Shown here piece after piece: positions 48,694 to 60,915 of a stretch of 64,000 bases of DNA. The stretch covers positions 44,702,001 to 44,766,000 of the forward strand of contig NC_042997.1 of the NCBI RefSeq assembly GCF_006345805.1. Reading direction: 5' to 3'. Each line of letters starts with the position of its first letter. Position 1 is the stretch's first letter. A program made the position numbers and the translations under genes. Origin of the DNA: Octopus sinensis (Eukaryota). Below the pieces are notes generated by a model. The model saw only the letters and a list, made by a program, of their open reading frames with translations, had not been told where the DNA came from and ran no database searches.

Positions 48694-49021
48694 AACAGGC
48701 TAGGATGTACATCCCCTTGTGGGCAATAAAGAAACAGGCTAGGATGTACATCCCCTTGTGGGCAATAAAGAAACAGGCTAGGATGTACATCCCCTTGTGG
48801 GCAATAAAGAAACAGGCTAGGATGTACATCCCCTTGTGGGCAATAAAGAAACAGGCTAGGATGTACATCCCCTTGTGGGCAATAAAGAAACAGGCTAGGA
48901 TGTACATCCCCTTGTGGGCAATAAAGAAACAGGCTAGGATGTACATCCCCTTGTGGGCAATAAAGAAACAGGCTAGGATGTACATCCCCTTGTGGGCAAT
49001 AAAGAAACAGGCTAGGATGTA
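48694..49021. repeat. Perfect 39-bp tandem array, ~8.4 units
   Basis: Unit ACAGGCTAGGATGTACATCCCCTTGTGGGCAATAAAGAA with no variant units and no spacers. Confidence 0.95.
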
Positions 49022-49461
49022 TATATTATATTGTGTTACAGCTTCCAAAATATATCATAAATTTTTAAAAATTATTTCGTTTTTGGATTTGGTTTGCAAG
49101 ATTCTTTATATGAGTTGGTGTGTTGAAGCATATTCTGTTGTGTCTGGGGAGAGTCATTCTCTTTTTGTGCCTTATCACTGGTAAAATTTCCACTTATTTC
49201 TTATTTTCTTGCAACCTTTTCAATAGTCTTGACTGTCCCTTATTTACACTGCGTTCCCTTTTGTTTGTTCGTGCGTACGTGTGGGGGTCAGTGTGTGTGT
49301 GTGAGTGTGAGTGTTCCTATACATGCATGCATGTACGTATGTATATATGTGTATGCATATATGTATGTATGTGTGTGCATCTGTGTGTATGTATGTATCC
49401 TGCGTATTTATGTGCTTGCATGTCTGTTTGCGTATTTTCTATGTATGTGTGTGTGTGCGCA

Positions 49462-49493
<32 letters not shown>

Positions 49494-49544
49494 CGTGTGC
49501 GTGTGCGTGTGCGTGATGCAACTATGTACCTAGAAAATACAGAA

Positions 49545-51746
49545 TCACAGCTCTTCATGGCAGCGAATGCAGACGACATTGGAATGTTTGTTCTTGGCAA
49601 ACATGGAGATTACAATTCTTACATGTAGTACGAGTTTTCCTGTTTTGGGTGGGGGCACACAAAGAACATCTTCCTTTTTTTCTTTGGCTGAGGAATCTCA
49701 AAATGAGGTTGACGTTTGTGTTCTTTTCTTGTTTGGTTGAGAAATGTTAGCGGAACTAGAAGACTGTTTGTCTTGTTCTTGTTTAGCATTAACTCCAGCA
49801 AGTTCCTTTCCTAACTGAATTAGGTTCTCACTTCTTTTATCTTTGAAACTTTGCAAGTGAATCTGTTTAGCAACAATGAAAACATTCACTGCACTTATAT
49901 CAGTCATGTTGTAGAATATAACCACATGCCATCTTCGAGTCATTCTTTTGCAAGTGTATGTCCTTACCATCTTATCTAGGGTATCTACTCCTCCTTTTGT
50001 TTTGTTGTAACATGTAGTAACTTCAAGTTTCTTTTCAGCACTTTTTGAATCAATCGAAGGCTGAGAGTGCATTGTACTCATAAATATGACGACATAATTT
50101 TTCTTGGGACAATAAGATAGGATCATAGAATCCTTTCGAAATCCAAATATTGTGTTGTTGATTTCTTTTCCATTTGTGGAAGCACTTGGAAGTTCAACTC
50201 TGTTCTTTCTAATTGTTCCACCTAAAACAGTTTTCTTGCTAAGCAGCTCTCGAGCCAATCCTAGACTTGTAAAAAAATTATCACAAGTTATATTGCGACC
50301 AATAATTTCAAGTTCTTTTACTAGGTCTCCCCCACCCTTTACTGGGTCTTTTCTAGTGTAGATTTGCATTTTCCAGGTATAAGATGTTTCACTATCACAT
50401 GTTGCCCAAATTTTAATTCTATATTTCCCTAGTTTTGAAGGAATATATACCCAGAGTGGACAATGTCCTCTGAATGAAACTAATTGTTCATCAACTGTCA
50501 TGCATGAACTTGGAGCATATCCATCTTGCAAATTATGATTCCACATTTCAAATACTTCTCTTATGGACTCCAATTTATCATCACTTCTCTTTTTTTCTTC
50601 TTGCACTAGCATCATCAAAACATAATACTTGTAAAATCTGTTGAAATCTTCCCCAGCTCATAATTTTGTTGAATATTAGGCGGCCATCTTCTTGACTCCA
50701 TAACTGTGTGACATTTTCATGTTTAGATTTATAAAAACCAATAAGAATGATCAGTCCAATAAATTTCTTTAGCTCAGAGTGATCAATTTCCTAAACAACC
50801 TGACCTTCAACATTTGTCCATTTACGAATTACTTCAAGAAGATTCCGGCGCATAAAGATAGTAAAACACGCTTCAATGCTATCGCAAAACCTTTTAGCAA
50901 AGTGGGATGGTCCACATTCTTGGCGCACAGTATTCCAAGATGAAGTTCTTACTGCTGCTTGAGTAAGAGGATTAGAATGCCAAACATCTTGTCTGTCTCT
51001 AGAAACATATTGCTCATTCATAATTGTGTTTATCTTCGTCTGATGACACAGAACCCAAACTGTCCAGCATGCAACCACTTTCACCATTATTTTCAGAGCA
51101 ATGGAAGGAATCACTATCCTCTTCACTTTCTTCATCGAATTTTAATAACCTTTTCGATATTTGGTCTTCACGCAAGTTTTCACGTCTAGGCATATTGGAA
51201 AGCACCACTGAACTATATGAAACTTGATAGCAGACTAAAGGCAGATATTGCTCTCCCACATAGTTATACTCTCCTGAAAGTTGATGCATTATATTGTAAG
51301 AATTACGTCATTACATAGAAATATTGCATCACCCCATAACCTAGCAGATTGAAGGTGATGCATTACCACACAAATTTACAGGAATATTTTCATAATTTTC
51401 CCTATTTTCTCTGAAATTCAGCAAATAGATTGAATACAATTTTATCTATTTTATATCCGATAAATAGCTAGGAAAATAATATTTTATACTGCTTTTATTC
51501 TGTTTAGAATGACAAGAGTATTGTCTGAATCTAATTCGAGAGTCCAATGGACCCCTACGGTAATTAATGTAGAAAGTGAAATTTTCTAACTTTTATAATC
51601 ATATGGAAAATTTCCCATTTGACAAATAAAAAAAAGAGTCGAGAAAAAAATAAGTATCACAAGAAATCAGCAGAATCAAATAATATAAACAGTAGGAAAA
51701 AGCAACTGAAAACCTGAAATGGGTCCATTGAACCCATTTCAGAAGG
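49545..51746 (-). mobile_element. Decayed piggyBac (PGBD4-like) element with one end
   Basis: DEQLVSFRG, DNFFTS and YNKTKGGVD DDD motifs; acidic N-terminus; frameshifted Cys-rich C-terminus (CSLC..TTCKNC..HVC..H..VCIRC); GG|TTAA terminus at 51746-51750; other end not found. Confidence 0.85.
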
Positions 51747-52317
51747 TTAAGCCAGAACGTTGCCCCTTGTGTAAACAAAGGATAGGGTTCTGAGAAACTT
51801 GCTTCTTGCAATTACATCATTTACACAACGCCAGCATTAATAGTATTATTGTCTGGTGAATTCATATCAATCAGTGAGGAACTCTCGCAAACAGATACTC
51901 ACTCGCAAGTATATGCATTTTAACTTTTGCATACTTTAACGAAAAAGAAATTATCTAGGAATTTTATTTCTGTATATTTCTTATGATGTTCTGTCTTACT
52001 TGGCTATCCCAACGCGCATTCTCGAACACGACTCACTGAATTTTATTGCATTCAGTTAAGTTACAGTTTGTGAACTTGCTTGCATTGCATCTAGACATGG
52101 TTATAAAATCTGGTTTCACCACACATTTCATGTTTGGCATTTATTATTGTCATCATCTAGCAGAAATTTTTACATTATCATTCTGCCTGAAAATGGTTCG
52201 CACTATTTACCGCTAGTGGCTCCTTTGATAAACATGTTTGACCATTTAATCAGAAACCTAAAAAAATTAACACGTTACTATGAAATAAAGATTTAGAAAT
52301 TCCCTTTCCTGTATGTA

Positions 52318-52364
<47 letters not shown>

Positions 52365-52893
52365 GCTGAATTACGCTCTTGCTTGAAGCATAGGAGAATA
52401 ACACTACAACATAATTAGCAGGTGTTCTTTATGAAGTATTAATCACTCAGTTACAAATTACATTTGTAAGAATTAAACGTGGTTTCTGGTTGTAATTTCT
52501 GAAATATATGCTTTGCAATTAATCACGGTAGATATTTTTCTTTCCTTTTTTTCAAAATTTCCATTCATCTATCATCATTATAGACGAGCCTGAAATTAGA
52601 AAATAGCAGCATAATGTCCTTCAAACGGCACCATACTGTCTTAAACAAAAACCCATTGGACGATGTAGCTCTACATTTCAAGACAGATAGAATGGTTACA
52701 AAAAAAAAATGTTTTTGATATGTCTACTTGACCAGGGCTAATCCAGGCTTAAATAACAACAAAATAAAATTCAATTGGCAACCAAATTGCTCATCAATGT
52801 ATTTAAACGGGAAATTATGAACTGTTAGATCCAGTCTTCCTAGATTTGATACTTATGTTCATAAACCTTACAATATATATTTTTTCTTCACAT

Positions 52894-55425
52894 CTAACCA
52901 TCCAGCTCCCAACAGTTGTTTTCTATGTATGGAACTTCACTGGAAATGGTGTCCCAAAAACCTGACAAAGAGAAGACGTCTGTTATTACGAAATCGCTTT
53001 CATTTTCGATACTTGATGTTTCAATTGTAGGGGCAGAGATTGTAAAGCAATCATTAACCTCTTTATTAGAGTTAAATGTTGAACTATCGTTCATAACACA
53101 AAACGGTTCATAATAACGATTGCTGTTACTGACAAGGTCGAAATTATCATTTCTGTCATATATCAAAGATGACTGTATGATGTTAGGCAATTCAGAATCC
53201 TCATTTGCTTGTAATATTTCAAAACCATCGCTATCAATACTGTTTAATATATTAAACGAATGGTTTGGCAATGTATGAATTTTAATAAAACAGTTGTCTG
53301 ATGATAATGATGTAGCAGCATAAGGACTGGAATTTCTGATATGATGCTTGCAGTTAATGCATTCTGTATAACCTTTAAGGAAATCAATCAAACCATCAGA
53401 TTTATAGTGAATATAATTATACGTATGATTATCTGCATTATTTTTCTCATTCAATTGGCAATCATTGCTGCAAGTTTTGTGACAGGTTTTCAGTTTCTTT
53501 TTGCAAGGTTTTGTTGAAACAGTTTTCAGCGTTCTCGTTGCCTCTTTGGAATTCCTTGTTCGATGACGTCTGCATTCTGTAGAATTTTTATACGTTTTGC
53601 TAGTGTCTGTCTTGGAAGCTGAAAAAGTAGCTTGGCATATTTTGTGTCGAGAAACATTACGAACGTTCAATAATTTCTCATTCAGACTTTTTATCTTTTC
53701 ATGTTTTACGTTATCAAACACTTCATCTGTCGGAATATTTTTATCAGAGAGATTTTGATCTTTTGATAAAATCCGAGTTCTTGACACACCGTGTAAATTT
53801 CTATGTTCTAACGCATTTAAATTATTCCTACGGTTTATCGGTTTCTTTGTTTTTGCTTTATTCCTTTGCACACCGTCTACGTTTTCGGCAAATAATTTGC
53901 TTGGACAAGAAAAACGATTATTTTGTTTAGGGATGTCACTTACTTTTTTCCTGTATTTGGATTTTGATTTCTTGTCTTTTCCTTGTGCAACCATCTTTTT
54001 ATCTGCTGTTGTCGATTTTTGCAAGGCCTTGTAATTTCTCTCCACTAGTTTCTTTGAAACTGGTTTTGCCGTTTTAGTCCATAAATCGGGTAGAGCACTT
54101 TTCACTTGCTGAACACCACAAGAGTAGATGTTCTTTACAGGACTCTCTTTAAATAATTGCGTAACTTTAACGGATTTTGATTCTTCCAGATAGTGTGACG
54201 GACATATATTTCGTACTGGTAATATCGATTCAAAACTACATCCGCTCTCCGGGTGTGCTTTTCCATTTAATTCCGGTATTTTGTTACATCTGAAGTCTGT
54301 ATGAAAACATTGCTTCGTCTCTTTCAGAGAATTAATTTTTTCCCTGGTGTTGTAAGATTCACTCATTGTTTCATCCTTGTCGCGTTTTGACTGACTTTCA
54401 ATATTTAAAGATTCCTGATCGATATTTTCATCAGGTTGATTAAGAAATTGAGCGTCTTGAAATGATCTCACCTCGTCTTGGGAAATCAAATTTGTTCCAT
54501 TGCTTGCAACAGATAGCTTCATATCTACTTCCAAAGAACTGACAGGTTTATTCATTCTGTCTAAAGCGTTTGCATCAAACGGAAGAGTATATGCAATGCT
54601 ACAGTTTGGCAACTGCAAATTATACAGATTAAATGAATCACCCGAATTAAATTCTTTATTTAAAATGCTATTTGGAATATCTGTCATTGGTATTGGATTC
54701 GTAGAACCACAAGTTTCGCCTATTTCTGTCGAATTATCATTAACTCTCTCTGATTTGGACAAGTTTAGTGGCAGAGAATTTGGTTCATGCAAGATATTTT
54801 CAAAATTTCTTTCGTTGAGGAACGAGTCTCTTTTGGTTAATTCTTTATCGTGAGAATAAACATTCGAATTATAAGATACTGTGTTACGATCATCACAAAT
54901 TAACAATTGCTCGGCCTGCAGTGGAATACCTTTTTCGTTTAGACTACAGGTGTATCTGAATTCAGAAGGAATCTCATTATTCCTCATAGAATAAAAATCC
55001 CATCCACTTGGTTTTGAATCATTATGAGAAAATATCACTGAAGAACTTGTTGGGCATAATTCATTCAAATGGGATTCTTTCATAAGAGGCACAGAATCTT
55101 TAACCTCCAAATCTCCAGATTGCTCATAAGAAATATGAACTTGACTGGATGTCTGAGTGTCTTGAACAGACGGGTAGCCAGTAATTAAAGGGACGGGGTC
55201 CACTAAAAACATAGCGAACTTGTTATTGGCAACTGCTTCATTTGGAAAACTCAGATTAATTCCTTGCGGAAAAGAGTTAAAAACATAACTGTTCGGCATT
55301 ATATTCAACATATCACAGGAATTAGAATCAGTTCCAATGTGTTCTAAGTTTTTAGTATAATAATCAAAGAGAACTTGTCGATCATCAACCATACTTAAAT
55401 TGTTGGTAACAAAACTTACACTCAT
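52894..55425 (-). CDS. Uncharacterised 843-aa single-exon ORF (probable lineage-specific host gene exon)
   Basis: 2.5 kb stop-free frame in AT-rich DNA with no transposon motifs. The ATG at 55425 directly follows a polypyrimidine tract and AG (TTTTACTATTTTTCAG|ATG). Ser/Asn-rich with a Lys/Arg-rich central block. No domain recognised. Confidence 0.7.
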   Translation of the reverse strand: MSVSFVTNNLSMVDDRQVLFDYYTKNLEHIGTDSNSCDMLNIMPNSYVFNSFPQGINLSFPNEAVANNKFAMFLVDPVPLITGYPSVQDTQTSSQVHISYEQSGDLEVKDSVPLMKESHLNELCPTSSSVIFSHNDSKPSGWDFYSMRNNEIPSEFRYTCSLNEKGIPLQAEQLLICDDRNTVSYNSNVYSHDKELTKRDSFLNERNFENILHEPNSLPLNLSKSERVNDNSTEIGETCGSTNPIPMTDIPNSILNKEFNSGDSFNLYNLQLPNCSIAYTLPFDANALDRMNKPVSSLEVDMKLSVASNGTNLISQDEVRSFQDAQFLNQPDENIDQESLNIESQSKRDKDETMSESYNTREKINSLKETKQCFHTDFRCNKIPELNGKAHPESGCSFESILPVRNICPSHYLEESKSVKVTQLFKESPVKNIYSCGVQQVKSALPDLWTKTAKPVSKKLVERNYKALQKSTTADKKMVAQGKDKKSKSKYRKKVSDIPKQNNRFSCPSKLFAENVDGVQRNKAKTKKPINRRNNLNALEHRNLHGVSRTRILSKDQNLSDKNIPTDEVFDNVKHEKIKSLNEKLLNVRNVSRHKICQATFSASKTDTSKTYKNSTECRRHRTRNSKEATRTLKTVSTKPCKKKLKTCHKTCSNDCQLNEKNNADNHTYNYIHYKSDGLIDFLKGYTECINCKHHIRNSSPYAATSLSSDNCFIKIHTLPNHSFNILNSIDSDGFEILQANEDSELPNIIQSSLIYDRNDNFDLVSNSNRYYEPFCVMNDSSTFNSNKEVNDCFTISAPTIETSSIENESDFVITDVFSLSGFWDTISSEVPYIENNCWELDG

Positions 55426-56292
55426 CTGAAAAATAGTAAAACGTTTAAAAATTAATTTTTTAAAATTACAAATCATTCAAATGCTTTTCTTTATTCTTCA
55501 GATTTAAGTATACCAACAACCAGAAATTTGTCGGACATACACGATTAAACAGCAGTATTTTACTCCTATTTCATTTTTGTCAAAAGAATAAGTGTAAAGA
55601 CGACCCCGGTGAAGTAGGAACTTAGAAAGCAAAGAGCCAGAATAAATATAGCAAAGCGTTTTGTCTAAATCTCAATATAGCACAGCTTACCGTTTTAAAT
55701 AACACAGCTTATATAATTCGACTATTAAAAAGACTGGAATATCCTTGATCCCAAGATTTATTCGACTAGGATTGACCTGAAGAGAAGTAAAAAGAAAAAT
55801 AGAACTAGTAAAATTCTTCGAAGACATTTAACTTGAAGGTAGAAAATATAAAACTCAGTTATAGCTTATTCTGAAACAGCATTGATTTGCTCCAAGTCTG
55901 CTCAGATAAACAGACCCATGGCATGCTGCCCAATCACTCAAACATCTAGGTATGGATCACAAAAGAATCGATTTCCCACCGTTCGACCGGTGTTCCAGGT
56001 GCATCTACTCCACCTTACAAAAAATCTGTGAATCATAAACATTTACATTACGTAGTAATAAAAGTAGCAGCAACCTATAACATATGTAAGAGCGTAAATT
56101 CAATTTCTTTAAATAGCAGCGAATTTCGAAAATTCTTTATAGTAGTCACGTAACTATTGGGATTTGAACTATAAGTTAATTCGTCATGTAACGTGTTAAA
56201 AAATAATACCGTAAAATGTATATTACTTGTCGACTAACTAAAATGTTTCTTGCAACTGAAGTTCAATTCCTGATTGTAGTTATTTCGCTTAC

Positions 56293-56399
56293 CAAATACT
56301 CTTAGGAAAGACAAGAATATAACCACCTATTTTTCCCCTTCGAAATCCATTGGGCTGAACCATACATCTATGCATGATATGAATGGAAAATTGTTTCTC
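56293..56399 (-). other. Candidate upstream exon (107 nt)
   Basis: Acceptor CTTTTGCGTTAG| at 56400 and donor |GTAAG at 56292; no transcript evidence. Confidence 0.35.
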
Positions 56400-56593
56400 C
56401 TAACGCAAAAGTTACGGTAAAAAGTGAAAAAAAAAATTATTTTTGTTGAAGTGTAAGTAACTATAAAATAGTTTCGGGTTAATGGTTTCAAAGAAAATTT
56501 AGAAATACATCCAAAATTTCTGATGAATCGTGAAATGGTCTGAGTTAGATTTAGCTGGTGTCGAGTATTATTGGTGTATCATTTTACACTGAA

Positions 56594-56790
56594 GGCGGCG
56601 AGCTGGCGAGCTTAGCGGTATTTCGTCTGTCTTTACGTTCTGAGTTCAAATTCCGCCGAGGTCGACTTTACCTTTCATCCTTTCGGGGTCGATAAATTAA
56701 GTTCCAGTTGCGTATTGGGGTCGATCTAATCGACTGGCCCCTCCCCCAAAATTTCAGGCCTTGTGCCTAGAGCAGAAAAGATTCTACATA
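56594..56790 (+). mobile_element. SINE B variant with the alternative tail
   Basis: B head and central domain followed by GGCCTTGTGCC. Confidence 0.7.
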
Positions 56791-57334
56791 GAAGCCCTGT
56801 TGATAGATTAAGGTACAGTCACTACATCGTTTCCAATAAAATTCCTTGCGAAGTACCACATTTTTTCAGAATAGTTTCATTGTAGCATATCTACCAAACA
56901 GCTCGCAAGACAATATCTAAATTCCACAGTAATTTTCGTTTTTAAATATAATTATAGCCAGCATGAAGTATCCAGACATGACCGTTTTCCGACATTACTC
57001 ACGGTTTTGAGACACTGGGTTCTGATGATCTGAAAGAATGCTTCAGGACTGTAATTTGTCTTTTTTTTTTTTCTTAAAAAGTCTTCGTAAATATCTTCGT
57101 TTGATTTCGTATACTTTAAAATACAGTTTTGCTACAATTCTTTTAGCTTTTAGAATTTTCAGCTTCAATTTAAAGTACTTCGTATAAATCTACACGTACA
57201 ATTCCAGTGATTAGCCGTGTGGCTTATATATATATATATATATATATAGAATGGTTGTATACTGTCAATCTAACAAGAACGTGACAGTAGGGGGTACACC
57301 ACCGCTGTATAGCCCTAGGAAGCATCGAACGCCT

Positions 57335-57375
<41 letters not shown>

Positions 57376-57959
57376 ATTTTAATAATATTTAATTTAATCT
57401 TTTTTCATTAAATGATTTAAAGTATGATGATGATTATTATTCTCAGACATTAAAGGGAAACATGTAAACTGAGAAGCTTTCCTGTCTTGTTTTGTTTTTT
57501 TCTTTGCTCCCCTTAATCCAACATCATAACCGATGGCTATTGCAACACAGCAGAAACAACGCTTAAAGCAGGCAGATTTTCAAAATTTTCCAGTAACTTT
57601 TAGAATACAAATCATATAGTTTTTTCTTCATTAGTATAATAGTATTCCTTCCTCATATTCATCAAAATAAACAAAACACGACCAATACTATAGCCAATTT
57701 TCTTGGGTTCAAACCGGCAAACAATAAATTTTAGCGTAAAATATATTTAAATGAATTGCATACGGATTTCTTTACAAAAAAATTAAACTTTTAAAAGAAA
57801 AAAACAAATGACTCATAACTCTCTTTTCTTTCTCATGCATGATTTATTTCCATGCAGACACAAAAGTCAATAAATTTGAAACTTAGGTAATTCATTTATA
57901 TTAGTTCAAGTCCTAATAGATTATATGAGAATTATTTTTATTTATGTATTCTCAGCTAT

Positions 57960-58191
57960 AAGGCGGCGAGCTGGCAGAATCGTTAGCATGCCGGGCGAAA
58001 TGCGTAGCCGTATTTCGTCTGCCGTTACGTTCGGAGTTCAAATTCCACCGAGGTCGACTTTGCCTTTCATCCTTTCGGGGGTCGATTAAATAAGTACCAG
58101 TTATACACTGGGGTCGATGTAATCGACTTAATCCGTTTGTCTGTCCTTGTTTGCCCTCTCTGTGTTTAGCCCCTTGTGGGTAGTAAAGAAA
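57960..58191 (+). mobile_element. SINE family B with a 17-bp TSD
   Basis: TATGTATTCTCAGCTAT at 57943-57959 and 58192-58208. Confidence 0.9.
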
Positions 58192-58399
58192 TATGTATTC
58201 TCAGCTATCATTTAGGAAGTGTTCATTTCATGGAAAGGGTTAAGTTGGTTAAATTGAGTAAGTAACTTATTTGTATTGTTAAGTTGCTTTTGGACAGAAG
58301 ACTTGCGGTGTTTAATATTCAAATGTAACTTTTCAGAATCCTCATTGATATTAACACAACATTGATGCTAATTATAAGATTGGAATATGAAATCAGTAA

Positions 58400-58540
58400 A
58401 AATTCCACCGAGGTCGACTTTGCTTTTCATCCTTTCAGGGTCGATTAAATAAGTACTAGTTAAACACTGAGGATCGATGTAATCGACTTACCCCTTTCCC
58501 CTTAAATTACTGGCCTTGTGCCAAAATTTGAAACCACTAT
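58400..58540 (+). mobile_element. SINE B variant, 5'-truncated
   Basis: Central domain plus a GGCCTTGTGCCAAAATTTGAAACC tail. Confidence 0.7.
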
Positions 58541-59402
58541 TAAATTAGTGAGATTTTTGAAACGAGTCCATTGTAAACTAGTTTTAATGGTTTGAACGTG
58601 AAAAGCTGAGTTCAAATTCACGAGAAAGTAGAAAGTGCTAGTTTGTGTCTAAATTATTGTACCCTTTAAAAGTTGGTACGGTACTCCAGTAATATCTGAA
58701 ACTCACAGAGAAACAGTTTTTGCTCTCGAGTGGAAGGTAAATGTAATAAATAATAATAAAATCAAGATATCTAATAAAGTCGTGCCCTTTAAAAGAGCAA
58801 CGATTAAATATAGTTAAATACGATTTCAAATTCACTGTCAACAATCAAGAAAGAAAATTGGATAAAAAAAATCTGAACTTCTATAACTATCGCTTATACA
58901 TATGTGTTTGTTTGTTTGTCTTATTAATTTAAAACCAAATACTGCATAAGCCTCATATACAGGCTTATGAATTATAAGGTTAAATGTACTCTTTATGTAT
59001 ATATAAATAAAATACTTTTCATATGATAGGAAGTTTAAATAAGACCTACATTGAAAGAATTCTGCTTTCCAAATTACCAGCTTACTTCTGTCCGCTGCAT
59101 TTTCTACGTTGAAATAATAATAAGTGAAATAATACTGAAATCCTAAATTTATAATTCTTTTTTTTTTTTTTTTTTTCTTTTTGAATACCAACTACTGTTC
59201 AATCTGAATTTAATACATACTTGGTATTTAACTGGGAGTTTTGGGTAGCAATAAACATTGGTAGGCTGGTTTTACTTTCTTTAAATGAGCCAATAGTTAA
59301 ATTCAATAATTGTTAACACCAAATGCTGACTTGAAGGATATGTCTTTTTCTTTTTTTTCTTTTTCAAATATAAGTTGTCTTACTAATATATTTGACTGTC
59401 TT

Positions 59403-59982
59403 GTCTGCAGTTACGTTCTGAGTTCAAAATCCGCCGAGGTCGACTTTGCCTTTCGGGGCCGATTAAATAAGTACCAGTTACGCACTGGGGTCGTTGTAAT
59501 CGACTTAATCCCTTTGTCTGTCCTTGTTTATCCACTACTATGTTTAGCCCCCTGTGGGCAATAAATAAATAAATAAATAAATATATTTGACTGTCTTAAG
59601 GCGGCGAGTTGGCAGAATCGTTAGCACGCCGGGCGAAATGCTTCGCGATATTTCGTCTGCCGTTACGTTGTGAGTTCAAATTCCGCCGAGGACTTTGCCT
59701 TTCATCCTTTCGGGGTCGATAAATTAAGTACCAGTTACGCACTGGGGTCGATGTAATCGACTTAATCCCTTTGTCTGTCCTTGTTTGTCCCCTCTGTGTT
59801 TAGCCCCTTGTGGGTAGTAAAGAAATAGGTATTTCGTCTACCGTTGCGTTCTGAGTTCAAATTCCGCCGAAGTCGACTTTGCCTTTCATCCTTTCCGGGT
59901 CGATAAAATAAGTACCATTTGAGTAATCAACTTACACCCTTATTCAAAATTGCTGGCCTTGAACCAAAATTTGAAATCAATG
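59403..59982 (+). mobile_element. Stack of three SINE B units
   Basis: Truncated B at 59403-59580, full B at 59598-59828 and truncated B variant at 59829-59982. Confidence 0.85.
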
Positions 59983-60114
59983 TATTTGACTGTCTTATTT
60001 ACATTCAACAAATATGAGATTTGTGAAACAGCTGAAACAACATAAACACTTAACAAATAACTAAGCATCAACATTCTAGACAGATAATTGTTGTTTATTG
60101 TTCCTGTTGATACT

Positions 60115-60365
60115 CTTTACTCTTTACTCTTTTACTTGTTTCAGTCATTTGACTGCGGCCATGCTGGAGCACCGCCTTTAATCGAGCAACTCAACCCCGG
60201 GACTTATTCTTTTGTAAGCCCAGTACTTATTCTATCGGTCTCTTTTGCCGAACCGCTAAGTAACGGGGACATAAGCACACCAGCATCGGTTGTCAAGCAA
60301 TGCTAGGGGGACAAATACAGACACACAAACACACACACGCACATATATATATACACATATATACG
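60115..60365 (-). mobile_element. SINE family A 3' half
   Basis: Reverse A tail up to the internal microsatellite. Confidence 0.8.
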
Positions 60366-60915
60366 TCAATTTATTTCTCTTGTCTCCATTTTGGTCATTC
60401 GCTCCGCTGCTTTAGTTTTGCACCGAAAGACAAGGAGGACATTTTGCAAAACGAACGGTTTCAATTGACTTGACGCCAGAAGTGAACAACTGACCGTTTC
60501 GAATATTTTTTGGTCAACAGCATTAACCTCCATATATTATTTCTCTACAAAGTAGGACGATTTTACTCTCTTACTCGTTTCAGCCATGCGGCTGCGCAAA
60601 ATTGAGAAATAAAATTTAATAAGGCGCGCCGAACAAACTAGATATTGGATTACTGATTTAAAAGCATACCAAGTAAAAATGATTAGTCATCTTACTATTC
60701 AATGACAGTATCGTAGACCTCTGAGTGGGTACGGTACAACACCAAATAAGGAAGTGCTCTTTCGCCTGTGAGCTTCGGGCTATATGGCTGTGGGTTAAGA
60801 AGTTTGTTTCCCAACCACATTGTTTCTAGTTCAATCCCACTGCGTGGAAACTTGGGCACGTGTTTTCTGTTATAAGCTCGGGGGATCTTTTCCTTTTGAA
60901 CGGCACTTTGTAACA

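Noticed and set aside
48694-49021. CRISPR-like array, or 13-aa repeat proteins (ORFs 48705-49184 and 48692-49048)
   Set aside because: The units are contiguous with no spacers, there are no cas genes and the context is eukaryotic. The ORFs arise only because 39 is divisible by 3 and two frames lack stops.
49021-49545. Second terminal repeat of the piggyBac element
   Set aside because: No TTAA-CC match to the 51746 end was found; the region is occupied by microsatellite.
55426-55476. First 17 codons of the 860-aa ORF (MICNFKKLIFKRFTIFQ) as the real N-terminus
   Set aside because: They coincide with a polypyrimidine tract and AG acceptor, so they are more likely intronic.
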